From: Candidatus Latescibacterota bacterium
GTDB lineage: Bacteria; Latescibacterota; UBA2968; GCA-2709665
Assembly: GCA_965116875.1 (NCBI GenBank)
Contig: OZ220733.1
Span: 4,864,001-4,928,000, forward strand
Direction of reading: 5' to 3'
Length of the DNA: 64,000 nucleotides
Both the position numbers and the translations under genes were made by a program. Under the pieces are notes generated by a model. The model saw only the letters and a list, made by a program, of their open reading frames with translations, had not been told where the DNA came from and did not search any database. Below, one piece after another: positions 30,055 to 40,275 of the stretch; position 1 is the first letter of the stretch; every line of letters starts with the position of its first letter.

Positions 30055-31422
30055 TCAATCGAATCGCCGATGCGCCGCACCGCCAAGTCGATGCACGAAG
30101 AAAACGGTAGGGGGCGCGAACAGGAGCGCGGTCCAGAACATCGGCCGGTACGAGATCCACGCCACCAGAAGACCGGCAATCACAGGTAGAAACCCTTGAG
30201 GCAGCGCGAACATGTTCAGAAAGCTCGTATACGTGGGACGGCGGTTTTCGGGCGCGAGTTCCAGCACGTATGCCATGCGTCCGTTAAACACCGCGCTGCT
30301 GGCGAAGCCCGAGAATACAAACGTCAGTGCGTAAAAGGCGACGCGCGGATTGAATGTCCAATCGATACCCCAGTTCGAGAGCGGGGCGACGGACAGAGAC
30401 GGGACGTACCTGGCCAGTAGCGGTACGGCGGCCGACACAGCCATCAGATACGAACCGAACACGAGCAGCGCGCGGTTTCCTTTCCGATGCCCGACGTGGG
30501 CCCAGAGCGCGTTTGACAGCACGGTACTGACCTGCATTACAGATACGAATACGCCGACGTAGACCAGCCCGAACCCCAGGTCGGCAATCGCGTATGGCAC
30601 GTAGAACGGCGACCCCATCATCATCAGAGACCAAAGTAGCTGCATCCCGCACAATCGACGGTAATCGGGATCGTTCTTCAGCAGGCGCAACCCGCTGTTC
30701 AGGTAGCTGGAGAGCGTCTGACGCAGATACCGCACCTGGCCCGCCGGTTCCCGAATTCTGCTGAATACGAAAACCGAAAGCGCGTTTCCCAGTCCGGCCA
30801 GCAGGAACAGCGCCGAATAGTTCGACGGGAATGGGATCCCGCTGCGTTCGCTGAGCACGAAAGTGATCACCCCGCCCGCCGCCATCGCCGTTACGCCGCC
30901 GCAAAGTCGCCGTACGGCGAAAAGACGCGACCGGTCTCGCGGCGGGACGACTTTCCCCACGATATCCATCCAGGGGACGTTCCATATACCCATCATGGAA
31001 GTGGAAATCGCGTACAGTACCAGAAAACAGCACAGAAAATAAAAGGGCTGACGACCTCCCATCAGGTACGTCAGCCCCGCGATTGCCAGCCAGACGGAAC
31101 TGCGCATTCCGCCAGCCAGAAGCAGAAAGGGCATTTTTCTTCTTCGGTTCTCGATAATTCTGGAAATAAAAATCTGAGGCCACGCCCATCCGATCCTCAT
31201 CAGCGCACCAACCAGCCCGACCGCGACGCTCGAGGCCGTCAGCGTTTGAACGAAAGCCGGCAGCACCATATCCGAGCTGGCCAGCGTCATCGACATGAAG
31301 ACGAGGCCGCCGTTCAGAATCAGCAGCCGCCGGTTGCGGCGGACTTCCGCCGGGTCCGGTTCGTCGGGATCGGCCGGATCGGCCGACGCCCGCCTCCAGT
31401 GCGCAGATGAGAATTCCCTCAT
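30055..31422 (-). CDS. MFS transporter
   Basis: About 12 hydrophobic segments, WMDIVGKVVPPRDRSRLF, ELAPENRRPTY. Confidence 0.8.
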   Translation of the reverse strand: MREFSSAHWRRASADPADPDEPDPAEVRRNRRLLILNGGLVFMSMTLASSDMVLPAFVQTLTASSVAVGLVGALMRIGWAWPQIFISRIIENRRRKMPFLLLAGGMRSSVWLAIAGLTYLMGGRQPFYFLCCFLVLYAISTSMMGIWNVPWMDIVGKVVPPRDRSRLFAVRRLCGGVTAMAAGGVITFVLSERSGIPFPSNYSALFLLAGLGNALSVFVFSRIREPAGQVRYLRQTLSSYLNSGLRLLKNDPDYRRLCGMQLLWSLMMMGSPFYVPYAIADLGFGLVYVGVFVSVMQVSTVLSNALWAHVGHRKGNRALLVFGSYLMAVSAAVPLLARYVPSLSVAPLSNWGIDWTFNPRVAFYALTFVFSGFASSAVFNGRMAYVLELAPENRRPTYTSFLNMFALPQGFLPVIAGLLVAWISYRPMFWTALLFAPPTVFFVHRLGGAAHRRFD

Positions 31423-31512
31423 GCCAAACGCTTCCGTCGGCTGACCTCGCAGGGCGCCTGACAGGGCCCCGGCTTCCGGGATTTCACCATCGTCGGGTCG
31501 CAGCGGGTGGTT

Positions 31513-33141
31513 TCAAATTCCAATCGCGTAGCCGTCCCGTCTGGGATCCGCACCGCCCATCAGCCCGCCGCTTTCCTGGTCTACGGCAATTCCCTGCGCC
31601 CCTCCCGTTACGTGGGAAAAAGCGTCGACAACGTCAATCTGATGCCCCCTGCGAATCAGGCCGGACCGGATTTCCGCCGGCACGCGGGATTCCATATAGA
31701 CACGCGTGCCGGCGTGCTGAAAGCGGAATCTTGGCGCTTCGATGGCGGCTTGAATGTTCATCCCGAAATCCAGAAAATTGGTGGTGAACTGGGTCGTCGT
31801 CTGCTGAATTCCCCAACTTCCCGGTGTGCCGAGCGCCGCCAGCAGCCGACCATCCTTGAAGATCTGGCACGGCGAAAGACACATATCGATTTTCTTGTGC
31901 GGCTCGATACAGTTTGGGCTGCCGGGCACCGTATCCGCCCATTTGATAAAATTGTTCAGAAACATACCCGACTCACCGATAATCTCGCCGGAGCCGAACC
32001 CTGAACCCAGACTTTGCGTGATCGCGACCGCGTTTCCCTCCGCGTCCACCACGTCGAAGTGCGTTGTACACTCGTTCAACCAGTCCCCTGGCCGACCCGG
32101 GGCGATTTCGTCCGGCAACCCGACCGCGGTATAGTACTCCCCGCGATTCACAGCGGCCCGGTCACCGATGAGGCGCCTGCGTTCATTCGCGTACGCTTTG
32201 GAGAGCAATCCATCCAACGGCGCTTCCCGTGCCGCCGCGAATGCCACCCGATCCGCATTGCCCAGTTTCAGAACCTCAATAAAAAGGTGCAGCGCTTCCT
32301 CCGAAAGGTGGCCCAGATCCTCGAGGTGGTAACCTTCGAGCATGTTCAGGGCCTGAAGAATGTGAAAACCGGCGCTGGGGAGCGGCGGGCAGAACACGTG
32401 GAATTCGCGATAGGACGTTGAAACGGCATCTGACCATTCAACCTCGAAATCCGAGAGGTCTCTGCGGGAAAGGAGCCCTCCCCCGGCCTGCACGTAATCC
32501 GCAATTTCAGATGCGAGGTCGCCGTGGTAAAAGGCCTCGGCGCCGCCTTCCACGACCCTGTGAAACGTCCGTGCGAGATCTCGCTGGATCAGGACGTCCC
32601 CGGGTTGGGGCGGCCGGCCGGAGCCCAGGAGCACCCGGGTTCCCGTAGGCCGCATTCGAGGCAAGGCATCCTTTATGAAACCGGAATTCTTCACGGTGGC
32701 CGGGAAACCGTTTTCGGCAAGTTCAATTGCAGGCGCGAACACCGTTGCCCGGTCCATTGTGCCGTATCTGTCCAGAAGCTCGAGCCATCCGCCGCAGGCG
32801 CCGGGAACCAGGCACGACTTCACCCCGCCGTCCTGATCGTGCGACGTACCGAAGGACTCCGGGGTGGCGTCGTGCGGGGTACGCCCGCAATAATCCAATA
32901 CACGCACGCGGTCTTCCGCGGCGGAATAGACCAGCGCATATCCCACACCCGCAATGCCGGACATATAAGGCTCGACGACATTCAGCGCCGCCGCGACGGC
33001 AACCGCGGCGTCGAATGCATTGCCCTGCTCGAGCAGCATCCGGACGCCGGCGAGGCTTGCAAGCGGATGTCCGCTGGCAACCATTCCCCGGACGCCGGTT
33101 ACCGTGGAACGATGCACCGTTCCAAGAGAAGAAAAAGCCAT
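31513..33141 (-). CDS. ggt: Gamma-glutamyltransferase family protein
   Basis: GMVASGHPLA, GNAFDAAVA, TTHFDVVD (Thr nucleophile), GFGSG, LNN, GGADPRRDG. Confidence 0.93.
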   Translation of the reverse strand: MAFSSLGTVHRSTVTGVRGMVASGHPLASLAGVRMLLEQGNAFDAAVAVAAALNVVEPYMSGIAGVGYALVYSAAEDRVRVLDYCGRTPHDATPESFGTSHDQDGGVKSCLVPGACGGWLELLDRYGTMDRATVFAPAIELAENGFPATVKNSGFIKDALPRMRPTGTRVLLGSGRPPQPGDVLIQRDLARTFHRVVEGGAEAFYHGDLASEIADYVQAGGGLLSRRDLSDFEVEWSDAVSTSYREFHVFCPPLPSAGFHILQALNMLEGYHLEDLGHLSEEALHLFIEVLKLGNADRVAFAAAREAPLDGLLSKAYANERRRLIGDRAAVNRGEYYTAVGLPDEIAPGRPGDWLNECTTHFDVVDAEGNAVAITQSLGSGFGSGEIIGESGMFLNNFIKWADTVPGSPNCIEPHKKIDMCLSPCQIFKDGRLLAALGTPGSWGIQQTTTQFTTNFLDFGMNIQAAIEAPRFRFQHAGTRVYMESRVPAEIRSGLIRRGHQIDVVDAFSHVTGGAQGIAVDQESGGLMGGADPRRDGYAIGI

Positions 33142-33321
33142 AATCAGGATTCCTTGCCGACAGGTCCCTTCGGAACAGGACCGGCGAAGAGACCAGCACA
33201 ACGTACATACTGAATCTCGTAACGGAAATGAAGCATTGAGGACACGACGGGAAACCCGCAAGACTTCCGGAGCCCGATGGGGGCGTCGGAACCGGCGCCT
33301 CAACAACTGTCGGGCAAGCGG

Positions 33322-33350
33322 AAGATAGTCCATGGGGGGCTGCAAGTCAA
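33322..33350 (-). promoter_or_regulatory. sigma70-type promoter for ggt (about 175-nt leader)
   Basis: TTGACT-N17-TATCTT on minus strand. Confidence 0.6.
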
Positions 33351-33491
33351 TGTCCGTCTCCCGAGCCCGCCGGGGTTCGTCCACCACGTTTCTGCTTGAC
33401 AAAGCAGGCTTGCCGTCGCTTTTTATACGTTTCCCGCATGACTGCCACCAACCTGATTCCCGCGCGAATCATGTAATTCGACAGACTTGAC

Positions 33492-34520
33492 ATGAATCGT
33501 GATCTGCCACTGATACCAACAAGTGTGATCGGAAGCTACGCGTTGCCGGGCTGGTTCCATACGGCAGTGGATCAGATCGACAGGGACGAGTACGGCCCCA
33601 CCGACGTACGCGAAGCCTTCGACGACGCCGTCCACCTGGCCATACTGGATCAGACAAGAGCCGGTGTGGATCTGATATCGGACGGCGAAATGCGACGCTG
33701 GTATTTCGTTCAGAGCTTCTACCGCCGTTTCAAGGGACTTGCGGCACGCCCGACACTCCGGCGCACGGGTGTTTACGGCTACGACAGCGTCCCTCGCTGG
33801 TGGCCGGAAGAACGCATCCAGGTGCCCGACGGGCTGGGTATCGTGGAGGAGTTTCAATTCGCCAGGTCCGTCACCGATCATCCCCTGAAGGCCACCTGTC
33901 CCGGTCCGCTGACGCTTACCATACACATCCAGCTCAAGGACGAGCGGGTATACAGGGACCGGATCGAACTCGCGTACGAGTTTGCCGGCGTTGTCAACCG
34001 TGAACTGAAACGCCTCGTCGCGGCGGGGGCCGAATTCATCCAGCTGGACGAACCCTCGTTTTCAATCATACCCGGAGACGCCCGCAGCTGGGTCGACCTG
34101 TTCAACGAGACCGTAAAGGGCGTTAACGCCAGAATCGGCCTGCATATCTGTTTTGGGAACCTTGGCAGCCGCCCGCGAGGCAAACGCAGGTACAGCTGGA
34201 TGGTGGACGAAATCCTGCGGGCGGACGCGCATCAGATCTCGATGGAGTTCGCGAATCGCGAACTCGTGGAACTGGAACTCTGCGGTGAGATTGCGAGAGA
34301 AAAAGAGGTCGCGGCAGGCCTGGTCGACGTGAAATCATTCTACGTGGAAACGCCCGAGGACGTCGCCGAACGTGTACGCCTGACGCTGCAACACGTCCCG
34401 CCGGAAAAACTGACCGTCACGCCCGACTGCGGATTCTTTCAGCTGCCACGGTGGCTGGCATTCCAGAAACTCAGGAATATGGTCAGTGGCGTGGAAATCG
34501 TCCGCGGCGAGCTGTCGTGA
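33492..34520 (+). CDS. Cobalamin-independent methionine synthase II family, catalytic domain only
   Basis: IGSY, ISDGEMRR, PGPLT, IQLDEP, Zn ligands HIC..E..PDCG; 342 aa. Confidence 0.88.
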   Translation: MNRDLPLIPTSVIGSYALPGWFHTAVDQIDRDEYGPTDVREAFDDAVHLAILDQTRAGVDLISDGEMRRWYFVQSFYRRFKGLAARPTLRRTGVYGYDSVPRWWPEERIQVPDGLGIVEEFQFARSVTDHPLKATCPGPLTLTIHIQLKDERVYRDRIELAYEFAGVVNRELKRLVAAGAEFIQLDEPSFSIIPGDARSWVDLFNETVKGVNARIGLHICFGNLGSRPRGKRRYSWMVDEILRADAHQISMEFANRELVELELCGEIAREKEVAAGLVDVKSFYVETPEDVAERVRLTLQHVPPEKLTVTPDCGFFQLPRWLAFQKLRNMVSGVEIVRGELS

Positions 34521-34627
34521 ATCGCATCCGAAATCCGGATCCCGCAATACGGGGTGCCTGATCAGGACGAAGCCGGTACCCTTCCCGTTGCCGATCCCCC
34601 GGGCGCGGGTATGTTGAGGAGTGGAAC

Positions 34628-35752
34628 ATGGATGTAGTTGAAATCACCGCAGACCTGGTTTCTTACAATTCAGCGTCTCAATTCAGCAATACGCCGGTAT
34701 CCCGGGCTGTTGCCAAATGGCTTCAAAAGGCGGGCATGTCGGTGGAACTGGTCCATTACAAGGACCCCGCCGGAACGCAAAAGACAAACGTAATAGGGAA
34801 AAAGGGAAACGGAACCGGAGGCATCGCCCTGCTCGCGCACTCCGACGTCGTACCGGCCGAGGGATGGTCTTCGGATCCCTTCACGCTTTCAGCCAGACAC
34901 GACAGGCTCTACGGACGAGGCAGCGCGGACATGAAGGGTTCCGTAGCGTGCATGATCGTGGCCGCGAACGCCTTCTCCGGCAAGGAACTCAAGGCGCCCG
35001 TCTACGTAATCGTCACCGCGGATGAGGAAACGGACTGCGGCGGCGCGAAAACCGTTGCAGCGAAATCGAAGATCTTCACATCGTCCGACATCCGGTACGG
35101 AATCGTCGGCGAACCCACGCTTCTCGACGTTGTTTATGCGCACAAGGGCTCGCTCAAATTCGAAGCGACCGCAACGGGCAAAGCGGCGCACAGCAGCACC
35201 GGCAAAGGGACGAACGCCAATCACAAACTCATTCCGTTCCTGAACGACATCGTTAAACTGGACGGGATGTTGCGAACCGATGCCCGATATCGGAATGAGG
35301 CGTTCGATCCTCCGCATGCAACCCTCAATATTGTACTTTCCGACGGCGATACGGCCGCGAACGTTACGGCGCCCGTCAGCCGCGCCACGATAAACTGTCG
35401 GCCGATGCCGGAACAGAACTGGAAACCGGTGATCAATCGCATGCTACGCCTGGCGGACAAACACGGCGTCCGGATTGAAGTACCGAAGATTCTCGATCCG
35501 CTCAGCACGAGTACGGATTCGCCGATCGTCCGGGAAGCGCTTCAGGTAAGCGGCAGACGGAAACCCAGGACCGTCGCATACGGGACGGATGGCATGGTAT
35601 TTGGAAAGACGATGGAACTCGTTGTCATGGGGCCCGGGGATATCCAGCAGGCGCACACCGTGGACGAATGGATCGCGCGGGACGAGCTCCTCAAGGGTTC
35701 CGATGTCTTTACAAAAATGGTACATCGATTCTGCATCGAAAATCCGGTCTGA
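34628..35752 (+). CDS. M20 metallo-hydrolase, acetylornithine deacetylase (ArgE/DapE)-like
   Basis: AHSDVVP, LYGRGSADMKG, DEE, VGEPT, AHKG, GPG..QAHTVDE. Confidence 0.88.
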   Translation: MDVVEITADLVSYNSASQFSNTPVSRAVAKWLQKAGMSVELVHYKDPAGTQKTNVIGKKGNGTGGIALLAHSDVVPAEGWSSDPFTLSARHDRLYGRGSADMKGSVACMIVAANAFSGKELKAPVYVIVTADEETDCGGAKTVAAKSKIFTSSDIRYGIVGEPTLLDVVYAHKGSLKFEATATGKAAHSSTGKGTNANHKLIPFLNDIVKLDGMLRTDARYRNEAFDPPHATLNIVLSDGDTAANVTAPVSRATINCRPMPEQNWKPVINRMLRLADKHGVRIEVPKILDPLSTSTDSPIVREALQVSGRRKPRTVAYGTDGMVFGKTMELVVMGPGDIQQAHTVDEWIARDELLKGSDVFTKMVHRFCIENPV

Positions 35753-35873
35753 ACTTCTTCACGTTTGAGGGACCGGCGGCCGGACGCGTCACTCATCTTG
35801 AAAAGAAAGCCATAAGACGAATCTTCAAAGGAGCCGGGACGGTTTCTCCCGACCAAGGCGAGGAGGATACCGG

Positions 35874-36434
35874 ATGTTCAAAACCCTGACCCGCGCACTG
35901 CTCGTGGGATCGGTGGTATCGCTGATCACGGGTTGCGCCGACGAAACACAACACCAGATTGCATTTCGAGGCAAATGGCGCCTGGAATCGAGGCAGACGC
36001 CGGACGGAAAGATTCTGCAGCCGCCTGCCGTGAGTGGTCACTATGAGTGGTACCCCACGGGATTGACCACGGCGCATGTCACGGCCTCAATCTCTCAGGG
36101 CGAGAATCAGATCCAGGTTTCAGGTTTCAACTACAGCTTTCAGTCTGAAGCGGTCGAATCGCAGTCCTTCACACGGCACGAATATTTGGACTTCGGCGGT
36201 GGCTACGGAACGTCACCTCAGGAAGTTCACATCGCGACCGGCAGAAACACAACCGGCAACATGGTCGTAAGCGGAAACCGCGTTTCCTTCGAAGATTCGG
36301 ACGGCGCAACCCAGGTGTACGAAGACATCAGCATCGCAGCAATCGATAGCGTCGTCTTCATCGTTACGTTCGAAGACGGTACCAAGGACACCTGGCGACG
36401 GTTTGCGGACCAGCTGGGGGTGCTGCCAAAGTAG
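35874..36434 (+). CDS. Hypothetical lipoprotein, possibly lipocalin-like beta-barrel
   Basis: Lipobox LITGC after a hydrophobic stretch; GKWRLES; GAGGAGG RBS. Confidence 0.65.
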   Translation: MFKTLTRALLVGSVVSLITGCADETQHQIAFRGKWRLESRQTPDGKILQPPAVSGHYEWYPTGLTTAHVTASISQGENQIQVSGFNYSFQSEAVESQSFTRHEYLDFGGGYGTSPQEVHIATGRNTTGNMVVSGNRVSFEDSDGATQVYEDISIAAIDSVVFIVTFEDGTKDTWRRFADQLGVLPK

Positions 36435-36468
36435 AACCCGCGACGTGGCATGATCGTGTAGACACCGA

Positions 36469-36497
36469 AGGGGCGCGTACAGAGTGATCGCGCCCCT
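36469..36497. terminator. GC-rich intergenic hairpin
   Basis: AGGGGCGCG-N11-CGCGCCCCT; weak U-tract. Confidence 0.35.
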
Positions 36498-36523
36498 CGT
36501 GGTTTTCCGGGACAAAAAGAACG

Positions 36524-38065
36524 ATGAGCAGGATGTTATTGGGAAATATTCTTCAAAGGAATGCTCAGGATTCCTGCCTGATGCACAAGAAGGCCGTCAT
36601 CTTCGGCGGCCGTGAGCTGACATACGGCGACCTGAATGAGCAGTGCAACCGCGTTGCCAACGGCCTATTGGATCTTGGCGTCCGTAAAGGCGACCGAATC
36701 GGCGTCTTGAGTCGGAATTCCGACGTCTACGTGACCGTCTATTTCGCGCTGGCAAAACTTGGCGCCATTCTGGTTCCCGTCAACTTCTGGTACCGCAGCC
36801 GGGAAGTCCATTATACGCTTCAGCAGTCCGGCGCTCGAGGCCTGATCTTCCACCGCGTTTTTGCAGAGGTCGTTGCCGGCGTCGGCAGCCTGTCGAATCT
36901 GGAATGGACGCTGACGATCGGCGACCAAGACGGCAATCGTCTGGAGGACCTGGCGGCAGGGTCCCCGGCAGACGAACCTGGTGTGGAGCTCAACGAGAAC
37001 GACCCTCATGTCATCCTGTACACGAGTGGTACCACCGGGTTTCCCAAAGGCGCGGTTTTCTCGCACAGGAGCCATTTTCTTCATGCCCTCTCCCTGGCAC
37101 AATCGACCGGTGGGCACAGCGGCGACGTCGGCCTGGTCGTCTACCCGCTTTTTCACACTGGCGGTCCGGACTGTCTGGTACTCCCACACTGCATGGTGGG
37201 CGCCACCCTCGTCATCCTCGACGGTGCGGACCCCGGTGACATCCTGTCGGCCGTTGCGCTGCACCGGGCAACCAACATCTTCTGCGTGCCGACGGTCTGG
37301 CGCCGGCTTCTTGCACACCAGCGGCTTAGCAACCATGACGTAACTTCGGTCCGGCGCTGCCTGGGTTCGTCGGATACATTTCCCGCGGCGCTGCTCGAAG
37401 ACATTCTGGCGACGTTCGAGTCCGACGTTTACGTCACGTACGGACTCACCGAGGCCGGCTGCATCCTGACCGTGTGCCGTCTGACGTTGGGCGACCACGG
37501 CAAACTCGGCTCGGTGGGGCGACCCATGGCCTCGGTCGAGCTCGACGTTGTCGACTCGTCCGGTAAACCGGTTGCACCCGGCGAGGTGGGTGAAGTTGTC
37601 GCGAAAACCCCCTCTGTGATGCTTGAATACTGGGACATGCCTGAGAGAACCGGGGAGGCGCTGAAGGGAGGATGGCTGTACACCGGAGATCTGGGAAGAA
37701 TGGACAATGACGGCTATCTCTACCTGTCCGGCCGGTCAAGGGATATGATCATCAGCGGCGGGGAAAACATCTACCCGCTGGAAATCGAACGCCTCTTGAA
37801 GGAGAATCCGAAGATACGCGACGCCGCCGTGGTCGGCATCCCGGACAGTGAATGGGGCGAGTCCGTGCTGGCCGCCGTCGTGGCCAATGAAGGAGCAGAT
37901 CTCACAACCGGCGAGGTCTCCGATTACGTGCGCGCCCGCCTGGCGGGATTCAAAAAACCCAGATGGGTGGAAATTCTCCCGGAACTCCCCGTAACAACCG
38001 CAACGGGAAAGGTTCGGAAAGCCGCGTTGAGAGAACGGTTCCGGGCGAAATACGGTTCGGTGTGA
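36524..38065 (+). CDS. AMP-binding acyl-CoA synthetase
   Basis: YTSGTTGFPKG, YGLTEA, TGDLG, GGENIYP, GKV. Confidence 0.92.
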   Translation: MSRMLLGNILQRNAQDSCLMHKKAVIFGGRELTYGDLNEQCNRVANGLLDLGVRKGDRIGVLSRNSDVYVTVYFALAKLGAILVPVNFWYRSREVHYTLQQSGARGLIFHRVFAEVVAGVGSLSNLEWTLTIGDQDGNRLEDLAAGSPADEPGVELNENDPHVILYTSGTTGFPKGAVFSHRSHFLHALSLAQSTGGHSGDVGLVVYPLFHTGGPDCLVLPHCMVGATLVILDGADPGDILSAVALHRATNIFCVPTVWRRLLAHQRLSNHDVTSVRRCLGSSDTFPAALLEDILATFESDVYVTYGLTEAGCILTVCRLTLGDHGKLGSVGRPMASVELDVVDSSGKPVAPGEVGEVVAKTPSVMLEYWDMPERTGEALKGGWLYTGDLGRMDNDGYLYLSGRSRDMIISGGENIYPLEIERLLKENPKIRDAAVVGIPDSEWGESVLAAVVANEGADLTTGEVSDYVRARLAGFKKPRWVEILPELPVTTATGKVRKAALRERFRAKYGSV

Positions 38066-38071
38066 CGGGAA

Positions 38072-38971
38072 TCATCCCTGAGATATCCTGGTACCGCTCA
38101 AGTGTTCAGCCGCTTTGCAAACCGCCGAAAAGTCCATTTCGCCCGCTCCCAGACCGCTCGCCGCCGAGTACATCTGGTACGTCGCCGCGCCGATCGGCAT
38201 CGGCACATTCAGCGCCTTGCCGAGATCCACGCCGATCGCCAGGTCCTTTTTCATCAGATCCAGCATGAATCCGGGTGCAAACGAGCCCGCCAGCAGGAAA
38301 TCCGACGCGCGGATCTGAAATAAGGTCGAGTTGGCCGAACTCACACTGATGACCTGACGCATGACTTCGGGGTCGGCACCCGCACGGATACCTAGGATCA
38401 GGCCTTCCGCGATTGCGGCCATGTTGATTCCGCCGATCAGCTGATTGACGATTTTCACGGTCTGCCCCACGCCCACGGGCCCAACGTGGAAGATATTCTC
38501 CTCCTTGCCCATTGCATGAAACAGCCCTTTGCACCGATCGAAATCGTCCGCCTCTCCGCCGGCGATGATCGTCAGCGTCCCGTTGATCGCCCCCGTGTCT
38601 CCCCCGCTCACGGGTGCATCCATCACGGCCACACCCTTCGCTTCCGCCACTTCCGCAATCTCACGGATCGTGAGCGGTGAGATCGTGCTCAAATCCACGA
38701 TCAGCTTTCCCTCGGATGCGCCCCGCAGGACGCCATGATCGCCGAGGACCACTTCCCGCACCTCCGGGTCCGCCGTTACGATTGTCATGATGATATCGGT
38801 GTGTTCCGCGACCTCGGCGGGGGATGCGACCGCCCTGGCGCCCATCCCCTCCATCTCCGCAATGACCTGGGGACGGCGCGCGTAGAACGTCAGGTCGTAC
38901 CCCGCCCTGATCAAGTTGATCGCCATTGGTTTGCCCATAATACCCAGACCGATAAACCCTACCTTCTCCAT
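38072..38971 (-). CDS. 3-hydroxyisobutyrate dehydrogenase / tartronate semialdehyde reductase family
   Basis: GFIGLGIMG, DAPVSGG, VKIVNQ, FAPGF..DLMKKDL. Confidence 0.9.
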   Translation of the reverse strand: MEKVGFIGLGIMGKPMAINLIRAGYDLTFYARRPQVIAEMEGMGARAVASPAEVAEHTDIIMTIVTADPEVREVVLGDHGVLRGASEGKLIVDLSTISPLTIREIAEVAEAKGVAVMDAPVSGGDTGAINGTLTIIAGGEADDFDRCKGLFHAMGKEENIFHVGPVGVGQTVKIVNQLIGGINMAAIAEGLILGIRAGADPEVMRQVISVSSANSTLFQIRASDFLLAGSFAPGFMLDLMKKDLAIGVDLGKALNVPMPIGAATYQMYSAASGLGAGEMDFSAVCKAAEHLSGTRISQG

Positions 38972-39077
38972 CGTTGTCTCCTCTCGTCAGATTCCGTCAG
39001 CCTTCATGGGATCGGGTGACCGCGTCCACTGAAGACCTCATTGCAACGGACAGGAACCCATCGGTGGCGTTTTCCCG

Positions 39078-40160
39078 TCAACGGTCTTCGATGCGGCGTG
39101 TCTGCAGAACCATCAACTGACCCACGGGGTTTTCAATCGACCCCAGCGGACGCTGTTTCTCCCTCGACCAGATGTCGTTTGCCGTAATGTACAGGTGCCC
39201 GTCCGCCACTTTGTTATAACACAGTTGGGGGTATCGCGATTGAGGTACGTCGGGAACCAGCAGATCGAACGAATCACTTTCCGGGTGATAGGCGATAAAG
39301 CGGTCCATAAAGTGATAGGGCAATCCGTCCACGCCTCTGTAAGGATCCTCTTTCAGCTGGATATAATTCCCGGTCTTCTCGTCGTACCGGAATCCCGAAT
39401 CGTACGTGCTCAGGTTGTTCAATTGCCATCCCCGATAGAAAACGCCGCCGCCGATGAATCCGAAATCCTCCTTCCATCCCGGCACATCCCGCTCATACGA
39501 CTCTCCCGTCAGACGGTCCAGCCGGAAGAGCCGGCCCTCCTTGTAGTTCACGACAAACCGCTGAGCACGCGCTCCCGGGCGCGACGGCGGCGTGGGATGC
39601 GAATCTTCCGCCACGAATCCACGCGTATCGGGATCGTAATACACACGGCGCTGCAGGCCGTTGTTTCGAGGAACGGTAAAAATCTCCAGCCGTTCCGGCC
39701 AATCGATCTCCCCTATGTCCGGCAGCGCGCCAGGCTCCGGAAATTCAAGGACCTCGCCCTGTTCCGTCTCAACGTCCCAAATGACGAGACACGGCCTCGA
39801 CCGCTCAGGCAGGTAAAGTACGTTTCGCGCCTTATCCGCGTGACCATACCAGAGGTTCGCCTCCGGAAACGGCTTGTCGACCTGGTACACACGTTCCGCC
39901 GCGGCTTCGAATACCGTGAGTTTCTCGTTTGTCTGCGGCAGCACGTAGACCTTCCCTCCGGCGCAGAGGCACTGACTCCCCCCATGTTTTTCGGGGATTG
40001 AAATCGTGTCGATCTTTCCCGAATCCGGCTGGTATCTGTGGAGCGCCGGCAGACTGCCGGTAAACCAGAGTGCGCCGGATTCGTCGTCATCCATCCCGTA
40101 AACACGTGTATTCTCCGCATCGACCCAGACCGGATACATCCTCGGCAGTTCAGGCATCAC
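39078..40160 (-). CDS. Hypothetical protein, probable beta-propeller
   Basis: 360-aa ORF with repeated blade-like aromatic/Gly/Asp strand patterns (GALWF, GKVYV, NVLYL, GHLYI). Confidence 0.6.
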   Translation of the reverse strand: MMPELPRMYPVWVDAENTRVYGMDDDESGALWFTGSLPALHRYQPDSGKIDTISIPEKHGGSQCLCAGGKVYVLPQTNEKLTVFEAAAERVYQVDKPFPEANLWYGHADKARNVLYLPERSRPCLVIWDVETEQGEVLEFPEPGALPDIGEIDWPERLEIFTVPRNNGLQRRVYYDPDTRGFVAEDSHPTPPSRPGARAQRFVVNYKEGRLFRLDRLTGESYERDVPGWKEDFGFIGGGVFYRGWQLNNLSTYDSGFRYDEKTGNYIQLKEDPYRGVDGLPYHFMDRFIAYHPESDSFDLLVPDVPQSRYPQLCYNKVADGHLYITANDIWSREKQRPLGSIENPVGQLMVLQTRRIEDR

Positions 40161-40275
40161 TTTCCCTTATCCAACGAATCGTGTGGACCGGTCACTCGCG
40201 GACGCCCCCCCGCTCGCCAGACCGGCGAACGAGACGGCTTCAACTTTGCGAAAATGCCAATGCCATTGATTCAAC

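Noticed and set aside
33236-33303. c-di-GMP-I riboswitch on the plus strand (GGGAAACCCGCAAGACTTCCGG)
   Set aside because: The GAAA stem is too short and the 5' GGCAAA and tetraloop receptor are not evident; kept only as an unclassified structured leader.
33430-33491. SAM or cobalamin riboswitch before the methionine-synthase-like gene
   Set aside because: The leader is short and lacks recognisable SAM-I/II, SAM-SAH or B12-box motifs.
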